From: an uncultured Gammaproteobacteria bacterium
GTDB lineage: Bacteria > Pseudomonadota > Gammaproteobacteria > Chromatiales > Chromatiaceae
Reading direction: 5' to 3'
DNA: 48,454 bases
Assembly (NCBI GenBank): GCA_963765415.1
Contig: CAVXWS010000087.1
Coordinates: 1-48,454, forward strand
The notes below the pieces were generated by a model that saw nothing but the letters and a program-made list of their open reading frames with translations, did no database searches and was not told where the DNA came from. This document shows positions 21,491-32,409 of the stretch, in pieces. A program made the translations under genes and the position numbers. Positions within the stretch are counted from its first letter, which is position 1. Each line of letters starts with the position of its first letter.

Positions 21491-22222
21491 ATGAAAAAGA
21501 CCCCGACAGCCGCCACGCCTCACAGCCTGAGCCAACTGCGTCTGCTCTCTGACGTCCAACCGGGCTGTCTGGAGCAAATAGCCGAAAAGGCGTCCGCGTT
21601 CGGCATCGAACGCGGCGAGGTGGTGATCGAGCGGGGCCAGCATCTGGACGGTTTTTACGGGGTCCTGAGCGGCACCCTGAAGCTGTATCTGCTCTCCTGC
21701 GACGGGCACGAGCGGGTCGTCCGGCTGTTTCAGCCGAACGACAGCTTCGGCGAGGCCATTATGTTCAACGACATCCCCAGCCCGGTGTTCGTCGAGGCCA
21801 TCAATCGCGCCGAGCTGGTGTTCTTCCCGCGCGATTCGGTGATGCCGATCTTCACCGAACGCCACGATTTCGCCCTGGCGATGGTGCGGGGGCTGGGCCG
21901 AATGCTCGACGAATTGCTGACCGATCTCGAGTGCTGCTGTCTGCAGAACGCCCGCCAGCGGATCATTCGTTATCTCTGCGCGCTCGAGCCCACCGATCCG
22001 CGCATCAGCGACGAGGTGGAGCTGCCGGCCAGCAAGGCAGTGGTTGCCTCGATCCTCAACCTGTCGGCCGAGACCTTTTCCCGCGAGCTGCACGCCCTGG
22101 AGAACCAGGGACTGATCCGCATCAGTCGCCGGGTGATTCATCTGAACGACCGGCGGCGGTTGCTCGAGGTCGCCGAGTCGGCGCAGGAACCCTCCCCTGC
22201 CGCGGCATCCGGGTCCGCCTGA
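21491..22222 (+). CDS. Crp/Fnr-family transcriptional regulator (no N-terminal Cys cluster; Dnr/NnrR-like)
   Basis: cNMP-binding-like domain (FGEAIMFNDIPSPVFVEAINRAELVFFPRDSV) and C-terminal HTH (ASKAVVASILNLSAETFSRELHALENQGLIRI); intact. Confidence 0.85.
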   Translation: MKKTPTAATPHSLSQLRLLSDVQPGCLEQIAEKASAFGIERGEVVIERGQHLDGFYGVLSGTLKLYLLSCDGHERVVRLFQPNDSFGEAIMFNDIPSPVFVEAINRAELVFFPRDSVMPIFTERHDFALAMVRGLGRMLDELLTDLECCCLQNARQRIIRYLCALEPTDPRISDEVELPASKAVVASILNLSAETFSRELHALENQGLIRISRRVIHLNDRRRLLEVAESAQEPSPAAASGSA

Positions 22223-22285
22223 GCCTCCGTCCACGAGACAACCGGCCCCGAACCGCTCCGCCTCCGCCCGTCGCCGGCGCCTGAC

Positions 22286-23569
22286 CTATATGCCGTCCTG
22301 GATCTTCTGTCGCACCAGATCGATGTGCTGGCGCAGATGGTACAACTGGCTGGCGAACGACAAGGGCACCTGCACGCGGCGGACGTCTTGTTCGAGACGA
22401 TCGAGCTCGGCCAGCAGCGCGGGGAGATTCCCGGCGTCATCGTGCTTGAAGGCGAAGTCCACCTCCTCGAGCCGGTCGTACCAACGATAGATGCGGGCCC
22501 GCATGCGCCAGCTGTAGATCGGCGGCATCACCTTGAACAGCGGCAGCATCAGCACCACCAGGGGCAGCAGCATGACCTTCAGGCGGTCGACCAGCGAGGC
22601 CACCCAGAACGGCAGGAAGCGTTGCAACAAGGGCGGGCCGAACTTGTAGTAGCGGCTCGCCTCCTTGCTCAAGGGGTAATCGATCAACTCTCCCGAGGGG
22701 AACTGGCCGGCGCGCTCGAACCAGCCGCCGCTGCCGTGAACCTGGTCGGCGGCCTGCAGCATGAGATCGGTGATCGCCGGGTGCAGATTGGCGACGCCGA
22801 CCAGGCTGGCCGCCGGCGCCAGCAGCCGGATCGGCCGCTGCGGGAGATTCGCGGCCAGGTCGACCGCCCCCTCGGGCAGACTGACGCTGCTCAGGTAGCG
22901 ATAGCGCCGCACGTAGGCCTCGGCCCGCTCGAAGCTGGCGAGCTCCACCTCGGGGTCTCTCAGCAGCCGATCGACCAGCTCCGAGGCCGCCGAGCTGACC
23001 AGGAACACCGCGTCCAGCTCGCCCAGTTCCAACGCCCGGACCGCCGCCTCGCCGCCCTCGTCGCGCAGTATCACGCGATCGAGGACGCCATTGTCCTCCA
23101 GCAGGCGCGTCACCAGCTCGTGGGTGCCCGAACCGGGCGGACCGACCGCCACCCGCAGACCGGCCAGCCCCGGGAGTCGGTCCAGTTCCAGCCCCTGGCG
23201 ATGGAACAGCCACAGCGGCTCGAAGAAGACACTGCCCAGGGCATGCAGGCCGCTGCTCTCGCCGGCTAGGGCTGTACCGCCCTGAACGAGGGCGACATCG
23301 GCCTCGCCGGCGATCAGGCGCCCGACATTTTCCACCGAGCCCGCGCTCGGCATCAGCACCAGCTCGATCCCTTCGCGCGCCAGTATCCCGGCATAGCGCT
23401 CGGCGAAGGCCTGGTAGGCGCCGGCCGGATCGCCGGTCGACATCAGCACCCGGGTCGGCGGTGCCGGTTTGACGAAGTAAAAGGCCACGGCGAAGGCGAG
23501 CACCACCAGCAGCGCCGCAGGGCCGTAGATGCTGATTCGATCCCGCAGATCGGCTTTCGGGTCTTTCAT
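22286..23569 (-). CDS. TAXI-family TRAP-type solute-binding protein fused to N- and C-terminal membrane segments
   Basis: N-terminal TM, TAXI-like SBP core (MSTGDPAGAYQAFAERYAGIL...GSVENVGRLIAGEADVALVQGG), C-terminal hydrophobic helices (LPFWVASLVDRLKVMLLPLVVLMLPLF); intact 427 aa. Confidence 0.55.
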   Translation of the reverse strand: MKDPKADLRDRISIYGPAALLVVLAFAVAFYFVKPAPPTRVLMSTGDPAGAYQAFAERYAGILAREGIELVLMPSAGSVENVGRLIAGEADVALVQGGTALAGESSGLHALGSVFFEPLWLFHRQGLELDRLPGLAGLRVAVGPPGSGTHELVTRLLEDNGVLDRVILRDEGGEAAVRALELGELDAVFLVSSAASELVDRLLRDPEVELASFERAEAYVRRYRYLSSVSLPEGAVDLAANLPQRPIRLLAPAASLVGVANLHPAITDLMLQAADQVHGSGGWFERAGQFPSGELIDYPLSKEASRYYKFGPPLLQRFLPFWVASLVDRLKVMLLPLVVLMLPLFKVMPPIYSWRMRARIYRWYDRLEEVDFAFKHDDAGNLPALLAELDRLEQDVRRVQVPLSFASQLYHLRQHIDLVRQKIQDGI

Positions 23570-23787
23570 GCGGCCACTCCGCCGGCTAAAGGCACAGTCG
23601 GCATCTTAACGAAACCGGCGGCGCTTTTGCGGCGCCGAACGCCGTCACCGATCCCCGGTCCAACCGGACAGACGCCGCCGAGCACTCCCCAGGGTGTTTG
23701 CCCCTCGCCCGCATTGGGCGTAGCTTGTGTGGCGCATGTGAATCCGTGGCCGCGAAGCGGCCGTAAAGGTCGAGAGAGCCGGTTCAG

Positions 23788-25290
23788 ATGGCGAACAAGA
23801 TGACCAAGCCTTACGCACTCGGAGGGTGGATGCTGCTCCTGCTGGCGGTCCTGCTGGCGGGCAACGCACCCTGGGCGGTCACGGAGGTCGACGAGCGCCC
23901 GGACGCCGCCCTGGTGATGGAGATCGACGGCAGCATCGGCCCGATCACCGCCGAGTACTTCCGCAAGGGCCTGCGCAAGGCCGAGCAGACCGGCGCCCAG
24001 CTGGTCGTGCTGCGCATGGACACCCCGGGCGGCCTGGATGCGGCCATGCGCGACATCATCAAGGACATCCTGGCCGCATCGCTGCCGGTCGCCTGTCATG
24101 TGGCGCCGAGCGGCGCGCGCGCCGCCAGCGCCGGCACCTATATCCTCTATGCCTGCCATGTCGCCGCCATGGCGCCCGGCCACCACCCTGGGTTCGGCCA
24201 CCCCGGTGCAGCTCGGCGGCTTCCCCGGGCTGCCCGACGACAGCGATACGAAACCGGCCGCCGACAAGAACACCGACGGGCAGGACGCCGCCGACGGCAC
24301 GCCGGCCGCAGACGGCGCACCGACTCGAGCGACAGCGAACCGAAGGGCGCGATCAACGCCGGCAGCGCCATGGAGCGCAAGATCATCAACGACGCCGCCG
24401 CCTTCATCCGCGGCCTGGCCAAGCTGCGCGGGCGCAACGCCGAATGGGCCGAGAAGGCGGTGCGCGAGGCCGAGGACCTGACCTCGGGCGAGGCGCTGGA
24501 GCACGGCGTCATCGACCTGATCGCCAACGACAGCGCCGATCTGCTCGCAGCAGATCGACGGACGCGAGGTGCAGCTGCTCGGCGAAAGCGTCACGCCTGA
24601 GCACCGGCGGGTGCGGCTATCGTCGACTATCGAGCCCGACTGGCGCACCAAGCTGCTGTCCGCGATCACCGACCCGAACGTCGCCTACATCCTGATGCTG
24701 GTCGGCATCTACGGCCTGATCTTCGAACTCTCCAACCCCGGCGCCATGATCCCCGGCGTGATCGGCGCCATCGCCTGCTGATCGCGCTGTTCGCGTTCCA
24801 GGCGCTGCCGGTCAACTACGCCGGCCTGGCGCTGATGTTGCTCGGGCATCGCCTTCATGGTGCTCGAGGCCTTCGTGCCCAGCTTCGGCGCGCTCGGCAT
24901 CGGCGGGGCCGTCGCCTTCGTCATCGGCTCGGTCATCCTGTATCGACGACGAGGCCGGCCAGATCGCGTGTCGCCGTACCGCTGATCGCCACGTTCGCCG
25001 TGCTCGAGCGTCGCGCTGTTCGTCGGCGTGATCGGCTATGCGGTCAAGACCCGCAGGCGGCCGGTGGTCAGCGGCCGCGAGGAGATGCTCGGCGCGATCG
25101 GCGTCGCGCTGGAGGACTTCGAGCGCAACGGCCGCGTGCGGGTGCACAGCGAGACCTGGAACGCGCGAGGCGCTGCGCCCGCTGCGCAATGGGCAGAACG
25201 GTACGCGTTACCGCACATCGACGGTCTGCGACTGACCGTGGAACCGCTGGACGAGGAGCATGGAGGAGTTCTGACAATGAACCTCAGTGA
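23788..25290 (+). pseudogene. NfeD-family membrane protein (ClpP-class serine protease domain + OB-fold), split across several frames as assembled
   Basis: MANKMTKPYALGGWMLLLLAVLLAG...VMEIDGSIGPITAEYFRKGLRKAEQTGAQLVVLRMDTPGGLDAAMRDIIKDILAASLPVACHVAPSGARAASAGTYILYACHVAAMAPG (ClpP-like), later membrane segments (VAYILMLVGIYGLIFELSNPGAMIPGVIGAI) and OB-fold tail (GRVRVHSETWNARGAAP) in other frames. Confidence 0.7.
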
Positions 25291-26041
25291 TCCTAGGTGT
25301 CGTGCTGTTCATCGCCGCACTGGCGTTCGCCTCGATCAAGATCCTGCGCGAGTACGAGCGCGGCGTGGTGTTCCTGCTCGGCCGCTTCCGGCAGGTCAAG
25401 GGCCCGGGCCTGATCATCATCATCCCGGGCATCCAGCAGATGGTGCGCGTCGACCTGCGCACCATCGTGCATGGACGTGCCGACCCAGGACGTGATCTCG
25501 CGCGACAACGTCTCGGTCAAGGTCAACGCGGTGATCTACTTCCGCGTCGTCGACCCGGAACGCGCGATCATCCAGGTCGAGGACTTCCTGCATGGCCACC
25601 AGCCAGCTGGCCCAGACCACGCTGCGCTCGGTGCTCGGCCAGCACGAGCTCGACGAGATGCTGGCCGAGCGCGAGCAGCTCAACGCACGACATCCAGACG
25701 CATCCTCGACCAGCAGACCGACGCCTGGGGCATCAAGGTGGCCAACGTCGAGATCAAGCACGTCGATCTCGACGAGACCATGATGCGCGCCATCGCCAAG
25801 CAGGCCGAGGCCGAGCGCGAGCGGCGCGCCAAGGTGATCCACGCCGAGGGCGAGCTGCAGGCCTCGGAAAAACTGCTCGACGCCGCCGAGATGCTGACCC
25901 GCAACCCCGCCAGGCATGCAGCTGCGCTACCTGCAGACCCTGAGCGAGGTCGCCAACTACAAGAGCTCGACCATCGTCTTCCCCTTCCCGGTCGATCTGG
26001 TCGAGACCTTCTTTCACAAGCGTTCGGACGATCAGGTGTGA
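25287..26041 (+). pseudogene. SPFH/band-7 (stomatin-like, QmcA/YbbK-type) protein, split across >=4 frames as assembled
   Basis: (M)[54 protein letters not shown]. then [39 protein letters not shown]. then [30 protein letters not shown]. then [57 protein letters not shown]. then [26 protein letters not shown]. Confidence 0.75.
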
Positions 26042-26100
26042 GCCGGTCGGAAACACGCTGGCCGAACAGGGCGCACAGACGAAACCTCCACCCTTGCACC

Positions 26101-27168
26101 ATGGCACTGCTGGTGGTCTTGGGCGCCGCCTCGCAGACCGCTCCGGGCGCCGACCTCGAGGCGGTCGAACGCCTGCTGGCCAGCGGCTCCTGTGCGGATT
26201 GCGATCTTTCCGGCGCCGACCTCAGGAGCAAGAACCTCGCCCGGTCGCAGCTGCGGGGCGCCGATCTGCGCGGCGCCGATCTGCGTGCGGCGATTCTGTA
26301 CAAGGCCGATCTGCGCAATGCCGATCTGCGCGGGGCGCAACTGCAGGGCGCCAGTCTGGGACGTGTCAATCTCGCCGGCGCCAATCTGCAGGGGCTGTCG
26401 CTGCCCAAGGCCCGCCTCAGCCGCGCCAACCTGGCGGCGGCCGATCTCAGCGGTAGTGATCTATTGGGCGCCAATCTGCAAGGCGCCGACCTGAGCGGGG
26501 CGAGACTGCACAAGGCCAACCTGAACCACGCGCGGCTGGACAATGCGCGGCTGGATCGAGCCGATCTCAGCGGCAGCTCACTGGTGGAGGCGGACCTGCG
26601 AAAGCTCGACCTGTCCGGGATCACCAGTCTGACCGCGACTGACCTGAGTTACGCCAGGCTCGACAAGACCCGGCTCAACGGACTCGACCTCTCCGAAGTC
26701 CGCCTGCACCGGGCCGAACTGCAGGAGGCGGACCTGACCGATACCAGGCTGCAGAATGCCAATCTGCACCAGGCCAGACTCAACAAGGCCACCCTGCGCC
26801 GCACTAATCTCGACCGGGCCGACCTGCGCGAGGCCGACCTGAGGGGCGCCAAGCTGCACGATGTCCGGTTGGCGCAGACGCAACTGGCCGGCGCCAGGCT
26901 GAGCGGCAACCTGATCGGACTCGATCTCTCCGGGGCGCATCTGGAGGCGATCGATTTCTCCGGCGCCAATCTCAAGGACGCCGTCTTTCGCGACGCCGAC
27001 CTGGAAAGGGCGCAATTCGCCAAGGCCAATCTGTACGGTGCCGATTTCTCCGGCGCCAGGCTTCGTAATGCGGGATTCAAAGGCGCCAATCTGCGCAATG
27101 CCAGCTTCGATCGGGCGGACATCGCCGGCGCCAACTTCAAGGAGGCGCGCGGATTCTCGCCGCCCTGA
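26101..27168 (+). CDS. Secreted pentapeptide-repeat protein (about 60 consecutive A(D/N)LxG-type repeats)
   Basis: Signal peptide MALLVVLGAASQTAPGA. Then uninterrupted pentapeptide repeats (DLSGADLRSKNLARSQLRGADLRGADLRAAILYKADLRNADLRGAQLQGASL...). 60 bp downstream of the SPFH gene. Confidence 0.85.
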   Translation: MALLVVLGAASQTAPGADLEAVERLLASGSCADCDLSGADLRSKNLARSQLRGADLRGADLRAAILYKADLRNADLRGAQLQGASLGRVNLAGANLQGLSLPKARLSRANLAAADLSGSDLLGANLQGADLSGARLHKANLNHARLDNARLDRADLSGSSLVEADLRKLDLSGITSLTATDLSYARLDKTRLNGLDLSEVRLHRAELQEADLTDTRLQNANLHQARLNKATLRRTNLDRADLREADLRGAKLHDVRLAQTQLAGARLSGNLIGLDLSGAHLEAIDFSGANLKDAVFRDADLERAQFAKANLYGADFSGARLRNAGFKGANLRNASFDRADIAGANFKEARGFSPP

Positions 27169-27203
27169 ACGGGTCGATTGGCCACAGGGAGACGCGGTCG
27201 GCC

Positions 27204-28673
27204 TCAGGTTCCCCCCGCCGGCAGATCGAACTCAAAGCATGTGCCGTGATCGACCTCGCTGTTGACGACGATCCGGCTGCCGTGCAGTTCCAGGATCCGT
27301 TTGACGATCGCCAGGCCCAGGCCCGACGAGCTGCCGCTTTCAGGTTCTTCCGGCTCGGCTCGGTAGAAGCGATCGAAGATCAGCGGCATCTGACTTTCAG
27401 GTATGCCACGGCCGGTATCGGTCACCGCGACGACGAGTCGCTCACCCTGCGGCTTGACACCGAGCGTCACCCGTCCCCCCTGCGGGGTGTTCTGGATCGC
27501 GTTCTTGAGCAGATTCTCCAGCACCCGCTGCACCAGCCCGATATCGGCGACCACCCGCATCCGCTGCGCGCCGACTCTGACGTCGATGGTCACACCCTTC
27601 TCGGCAGCAGCCCATTCAAACTGCTGGGCGACGTCCTGCAGCAGCTCGGCAAGCGAGAAGGTCTCGAGAGTCGGCGCCACGCGCGCCGATTCGAGTTTCG
27701 ACAGCTCGAACAGATCGGCGACCAGGTGACCGAGTCGCTGGCTGTGCCTACGGGTGATCTCGAGATACTGCTGGCGCTTCGACTCCGACAAGACGTCGTT
27801 CTTCAGTAACAAGGTGTCGACGTAACCCTGAATCGCGGTGAGCGGGGTGCGCAGATCGTGCGACACATTGCTGACCAGTTCGCGACGCAGTCGATCGTTC
27901 TCCTTCAACTGTTCGAACTGCTCCTGGATGCGCGTCGACATGGCGCCGAAGGCACTCCCGAGGCGCTCGATCTCGTCGCCCCGGTGGCCGGGCTGCGATA
28001 GGCGGGCTTGGTGTTCGGCGCCGGTTTCCGCATAACTCTGCACCAATTCGGTCAGGCGAGTCAGGCGCCGGGTCAACAAGCGAAAAACCAGCAGCGCGAT
28101 CAGAAAGGCGACCGAGATGATGGCGACGATCGCACCGACACTCATCTTGCGGACGTAGCTGTCACGGATCGAATCGGCCAGCTGGTCGTACTTCTGCCCG
28201 CCGAGAACAGCGTAAAGATAGCCCTGCAGCTGGCCGTCCGAACGCACCTCGGCGGCCGAGAATATCTTCCGTCTCTGCAGCGAGCGCGGATCGGAACCGC
28301 GCAGCGGCAGTTCGGCCGCGCCGCTCAGGAACCGCTTTACCGGTGCCAGATCGACCTGTTCGAGTCGTACGCTTTCTCCGGGCAAGGCGTGTCCGAGGAT
28401 GCGCCCCCGGGTATCGAGCAGATAGATCTCGACCGAGGGATTGATCACCATCGCCTGGCTGGCCAAGGCCGTGAGCGCCCCGGTGTCCACCTGTCCGTTT
28501 TGCATCAGAACCTGCGCGCCGGTCACGTACATGGCGATCGGGGCATTGAGGCGTTGTGTCAGCTCCTCGAAATAGGCCTGCGAGCTGTAGCGCTCCAAGG
28601 CGAACAGCGCCGACCCGACCAGGATCAGGATCAACAGCAGCGTGCCGGCCAGCTTGGTGAGCAGGGTCCGCAT
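27204..28673 (-). CDS. Sensor histidine kinase (two TM segments, HAMP, HisKA, HATPase_c)
   Basis: H-box SHDLRTPLTAIQGY, N/G boxes (LLKNAIQNTPQGG; DTGRGIPESQMPLIFDRFYR; GLGLAIVKRILELHGS); intact 489 aa. Confidence 0.85.
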   Translation of the reverse strand: MRTLLTKLAGTLLLILILVGSALFALERYSSQAYFEELTQRLNAPIAMYVTGAQVLMQNGQVDTGALTALASQAMVINPSVEIYLLDTRGRILGHALPGESVRLEQVDLAPVKRFLSGAAELPLRGSDPRSLQRRKIFSAAEVRSDGQLQGYLYAVLGGQKYDQLADSIRDSYVRKMSVGAIVAIISVAFLIALLVFRLLTRRLTRLTELVQSYAETGAEHQARLSQPGHRGDEIERLGSAFGAMSTRIQEQFEQLKENDRLRRELVSNVSHDLRTPLTAIQGYVDTLLLKNDVLSESKRQQYLEITRRHSQRLGHLVADLFELSKLESARVAPTLETFSLAELLQDVAQQFEWAAAEKGVTIDVRVGAQRMRVVADIGLVQRVLENLLKNAIQNTPQGGRVTLGVKPQGERLVVAVTDTGRGIPESQMPLIFDRFYRAEPEEPESGSSSGLGLAIVKRILELHGSRIVVNSEVDHGTCFEFDLPAGGT

Positions 28674-29413
28674 CAGCCGAGGTCGACCCTACGATCGGTA
28701 TTCAATTTGTAGCCGACACCCCAGACCGTGACGATATGACTCGGATGGGACGGGTCCCGCTCGATCTTCGCCCGCAGTCGATTGATGTGCGAATTGACGG
28801 TGTGCTCGTAACCTTCGTGGCCATAACCCCATACGCCGTCCAGCAGCTGGCCGCGACGGAACACACGACCCGGATGCTGGACGAAATGCAGCAACAGATC
28901 GAATTCGCGCGCCGTGAGTTCGACCGGTCGACTCGCGACAAAGACTTCGCGCGTGGCCGGATCGATACGGAGGTCGCCGACTTCGATGATCTGCTGAACA
29001 TCAGGCCGGGTCTGCGCAGCCTGCATGTCCACGCGCCGGAAGATCGCCTTCACCCGGGCCATCAGTTCCGCGACGCTGAAGGGCTTGGTCACATAGTCGT
29101 CGGCGCCCAGTTCGAGCCCCAGGACCCGGTCGAGTTCCGAGGACTTGGCAGTCAACATCAGTATGGGCACGCAGGGCCTCTCCTGGCGAACCGATCGACA
29201 GATCGACAAGCCGTCCACGCCGGGCAGGCGCAGATCGAGGATGAGCATATCCCACTCCCGCGAGCAGGCCAGGTCCCTGCCCTTCAGGCCGTCTTCCGCC
29301 CAGACCACGTCGCGATAGCAATCGCGCAGATGCAAGGCCAGCAGCTCGGCGATATCTGGCTCGTCCTCGACGATGAGGATTTGCTTGTCCTGCACTGACT
29401 CGGTTTGATTCAT
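28673..29413 (-). CDS. OmpR/PhoB-family response regulator
   Basis: Receiver domain (ILIVEDEPDIAELL...DMLILDLRLPGVDG...ILMLTAK) plus winged-helix C-terminus (VTVWGVGYKL); start overlaps the kinase stop. Confidence 0.85.
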   Translation of the reverse strand: MNQTESVQDKQILIVEDEPDIAELLALHLRDCYRDVVWAEDGLKGRDLACSREWDMLILDLRLPGVDGLSICRSVRQERPCVPILMLTAKSSELDRVLGLELGADDYVTKPFSVAELMARVKAIFRRVDMQAAQTRPDVQQIIEVGDLRIDPATREVFVASRPVELTAREFDLLLHFVQHPGRVFRRGQLLDGVWGYGHEGYEHTVNSHINRLRAKIERDPSHPSHIVTVWGVGYKLNTDRRVDLG

Positions 29414-29667
29414 CGGCCCTGTACCCGTGACGCCGCTATTCTCTGCCATCCAAGGATGGACCGGTGATCTCACGGAAATATCACAGGCCGGGTGATTTCA
29501 TTTGCGCGGCTCCCGGGACAATCCGGCCGGACGTGGCTTGAGGGCGAATAGAATCAGCATCTTTTCGTGACGATCTCGTGAACTCTTCGACCTAGTGTTC
29601 AGTTCGGCCCATCGGACTGGCTCCGTCGGGCCGAACACAACCGACACTTACTTGGGAGACGGAGATC

Positions 29668-30324
29668 ATGAGAACGAAAATCAGCCTACTGGGCGCCGCA
29701 TTGCTGGCCGCTGGCGCGGTCAATGCCGACTCAGGCCACCACGGCACGCGCACCTACGAGGTGACCATCACCAACATCACGCCGGGCCAGACCTTCACCC
29801 CGATTCTCGCCGCGACTCATAAAAATAGCGTCAGGCTATTCAAGCTGGGAGCACCCGCCAGCGAGGAACTGGCAATACTGGCCGAGAGCGGGGACACCCT
29901 GCCCCTCTCAGACCTGCTGACATCCATGCCACGCCGAGTACTGGACACCTCCGGGACGGGAGATCTGCTCCATCCCGGTAAGACCATGAGCTTCAAGATC
30001 AAGGCCAACTCCCGGTTCGACCGTCTGAGCTTCGCCGGCATGTTGATCCCGACCAACGACACCTTCGTGGCGATCAATTCCGTCCGCCTGCCCAGGAAAC
30101 ATACCGTGTTTTCGGCCAAGGCCTACGACGCGGGCAGCGAGGTCGACGACGAACTGTGCGCGAACATCCCGGGTCCGTTCTGCATGGGCGCCGGTCCTTC
30201 GGATGAAAACGGCGAGGGTTACGTGCACATCGGCAACGGTATACACGACATCGGCGATCTCGATGCCGCCGAGTACGACTGGCGCAACCCGGTCGCCCGG
30301 GTGTCCGTCGTGCGGGTGCACTGA
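29668..30324 (+). CDS. Secreted protein, possibly spondin_N-like domain
   Basis: Signal peptide MRTKISLLGAALLAAGAVNA, then YEVTITNITPGQTFTPILAATH... The spondin_N similarity is a recollection, not a search. Confidence 0.45.
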   Translation: MRTKISLLGAALLAAGAVNADSGHHGTRTYEVTITNITPGQTFTPILAATHKNSVRLFKLGAPASEELAILAESGDTLPLSDLLTSMPRRVLDTSGTGDLLHPGKTMSFKIKANSRFDRLSFAGMLIPTNDTFVAINSVRLPRKHTVFSAKAYDAGSEVDDELCANIPGPFCMGAGPSDENGEGYVHIGNGIHDIGDLDAAEYDWRNPVARVSVVRVH

Positions 30325-30351
30325 GTAACCCGTCCGGTCGGTCGTCGCGAT

Positions 30352-30378
30352 AAAAAAACCCCGGCCAGACGGCCGGGG
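30352..30378 (-). terminator. Rho-independent terminator for aceA (GC hairpin CCCCGGCC-AGAC-GGCCGGGG followed by T-run on the minus strand)
   Basis: AAAAAAACCCCGGCCAGACGGCCGGGG on the plus strand, which reads as stem-loop plus U7 on the minus-strand transcript, ~130 nt after the aceA stop. Confidence 0.55.
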
Positions 30379-30510
30379 CGAATAGGGCTTTGGAGGATGG
30401 CATGGCTCAGGGATCGCTTGCGCGACACCCAGACCGGATCGTCAGTCCCTGACCACCCCGACCGCCGCCACGCGGCCGGGGTGCATTCCTAAAGCCTTGG
30501 CGCCGGGCGG

Positions 30511-31847
<1,337 letters not shown>

Positions 31848-32409
31848 AAGTCTTAGCCTCATCGTTGTTGGTTGGGTCCACCGCGGACCTGGTGCGTGTT
31901 AGACGACCGCAGCGGTCATCGCTTGCCAGGCCCCTGTAGCTCGGCCCAACCGTACCTTGTTGGTCGCTCGCCGAGTCGCCGCACTGCGCGTCCGGACCCG
32001 ACGCCCTGGGCCCGCACTCGAAAGTCCGTGGCGACAACGTTCGGACAGGTAGCCGGACGCGCGCCGGTTAGGCGCCGTGACTGAGATGTTTAAAAGACGA
32101 TCTTTGTCAGCCCCGTTTGCCGGTCTTGGCTAGCCCTGTCTGTCGCCGGGCTTTCGATGCAGTGCGACAATCCGCCCTTCGGCGACTGCCCTGCACAGGC
32201 GCGACTCGGACCTCGATTTGTTCAGGTCCCAATCCTTCGGCCAGGTGTTCGCGCCTTCTGAGCACCCTGGTCTCGCCATGCTGCACTGCAATAAATGTAG
32301 CGGGTCACCAATATTTGACAACCCAATTGTTTCAATTCTTAATATTTGATTAATTAATGACTCAGTATCGGTCGCCTTATCGGCGTCGACACACATCGGG
32401 AGCAGCCGG

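Noticed and set aside
22325-23269. 314-aa plus-strand and 258-aa minus-strand alternative-frame ORFs over the TAXI gene
   Set aside because: Gly/Arg/Ala-rich low-complexity translations; the 427-aa frame has coherent TM, SBP and TM architecture
25680-27185. Long minus-strand ORFs (314 and 178 aa) and apparent DNA periodicity in the pentapeptide-repeat region; checked as a possible CRISPR or tandem DNA repeat
   Set aside because: Periodicity comes from the coding pentapeptide repeats. There are no constant direct repeats separated by unique spacers, and the minus-strand ORFs are repeat shadows
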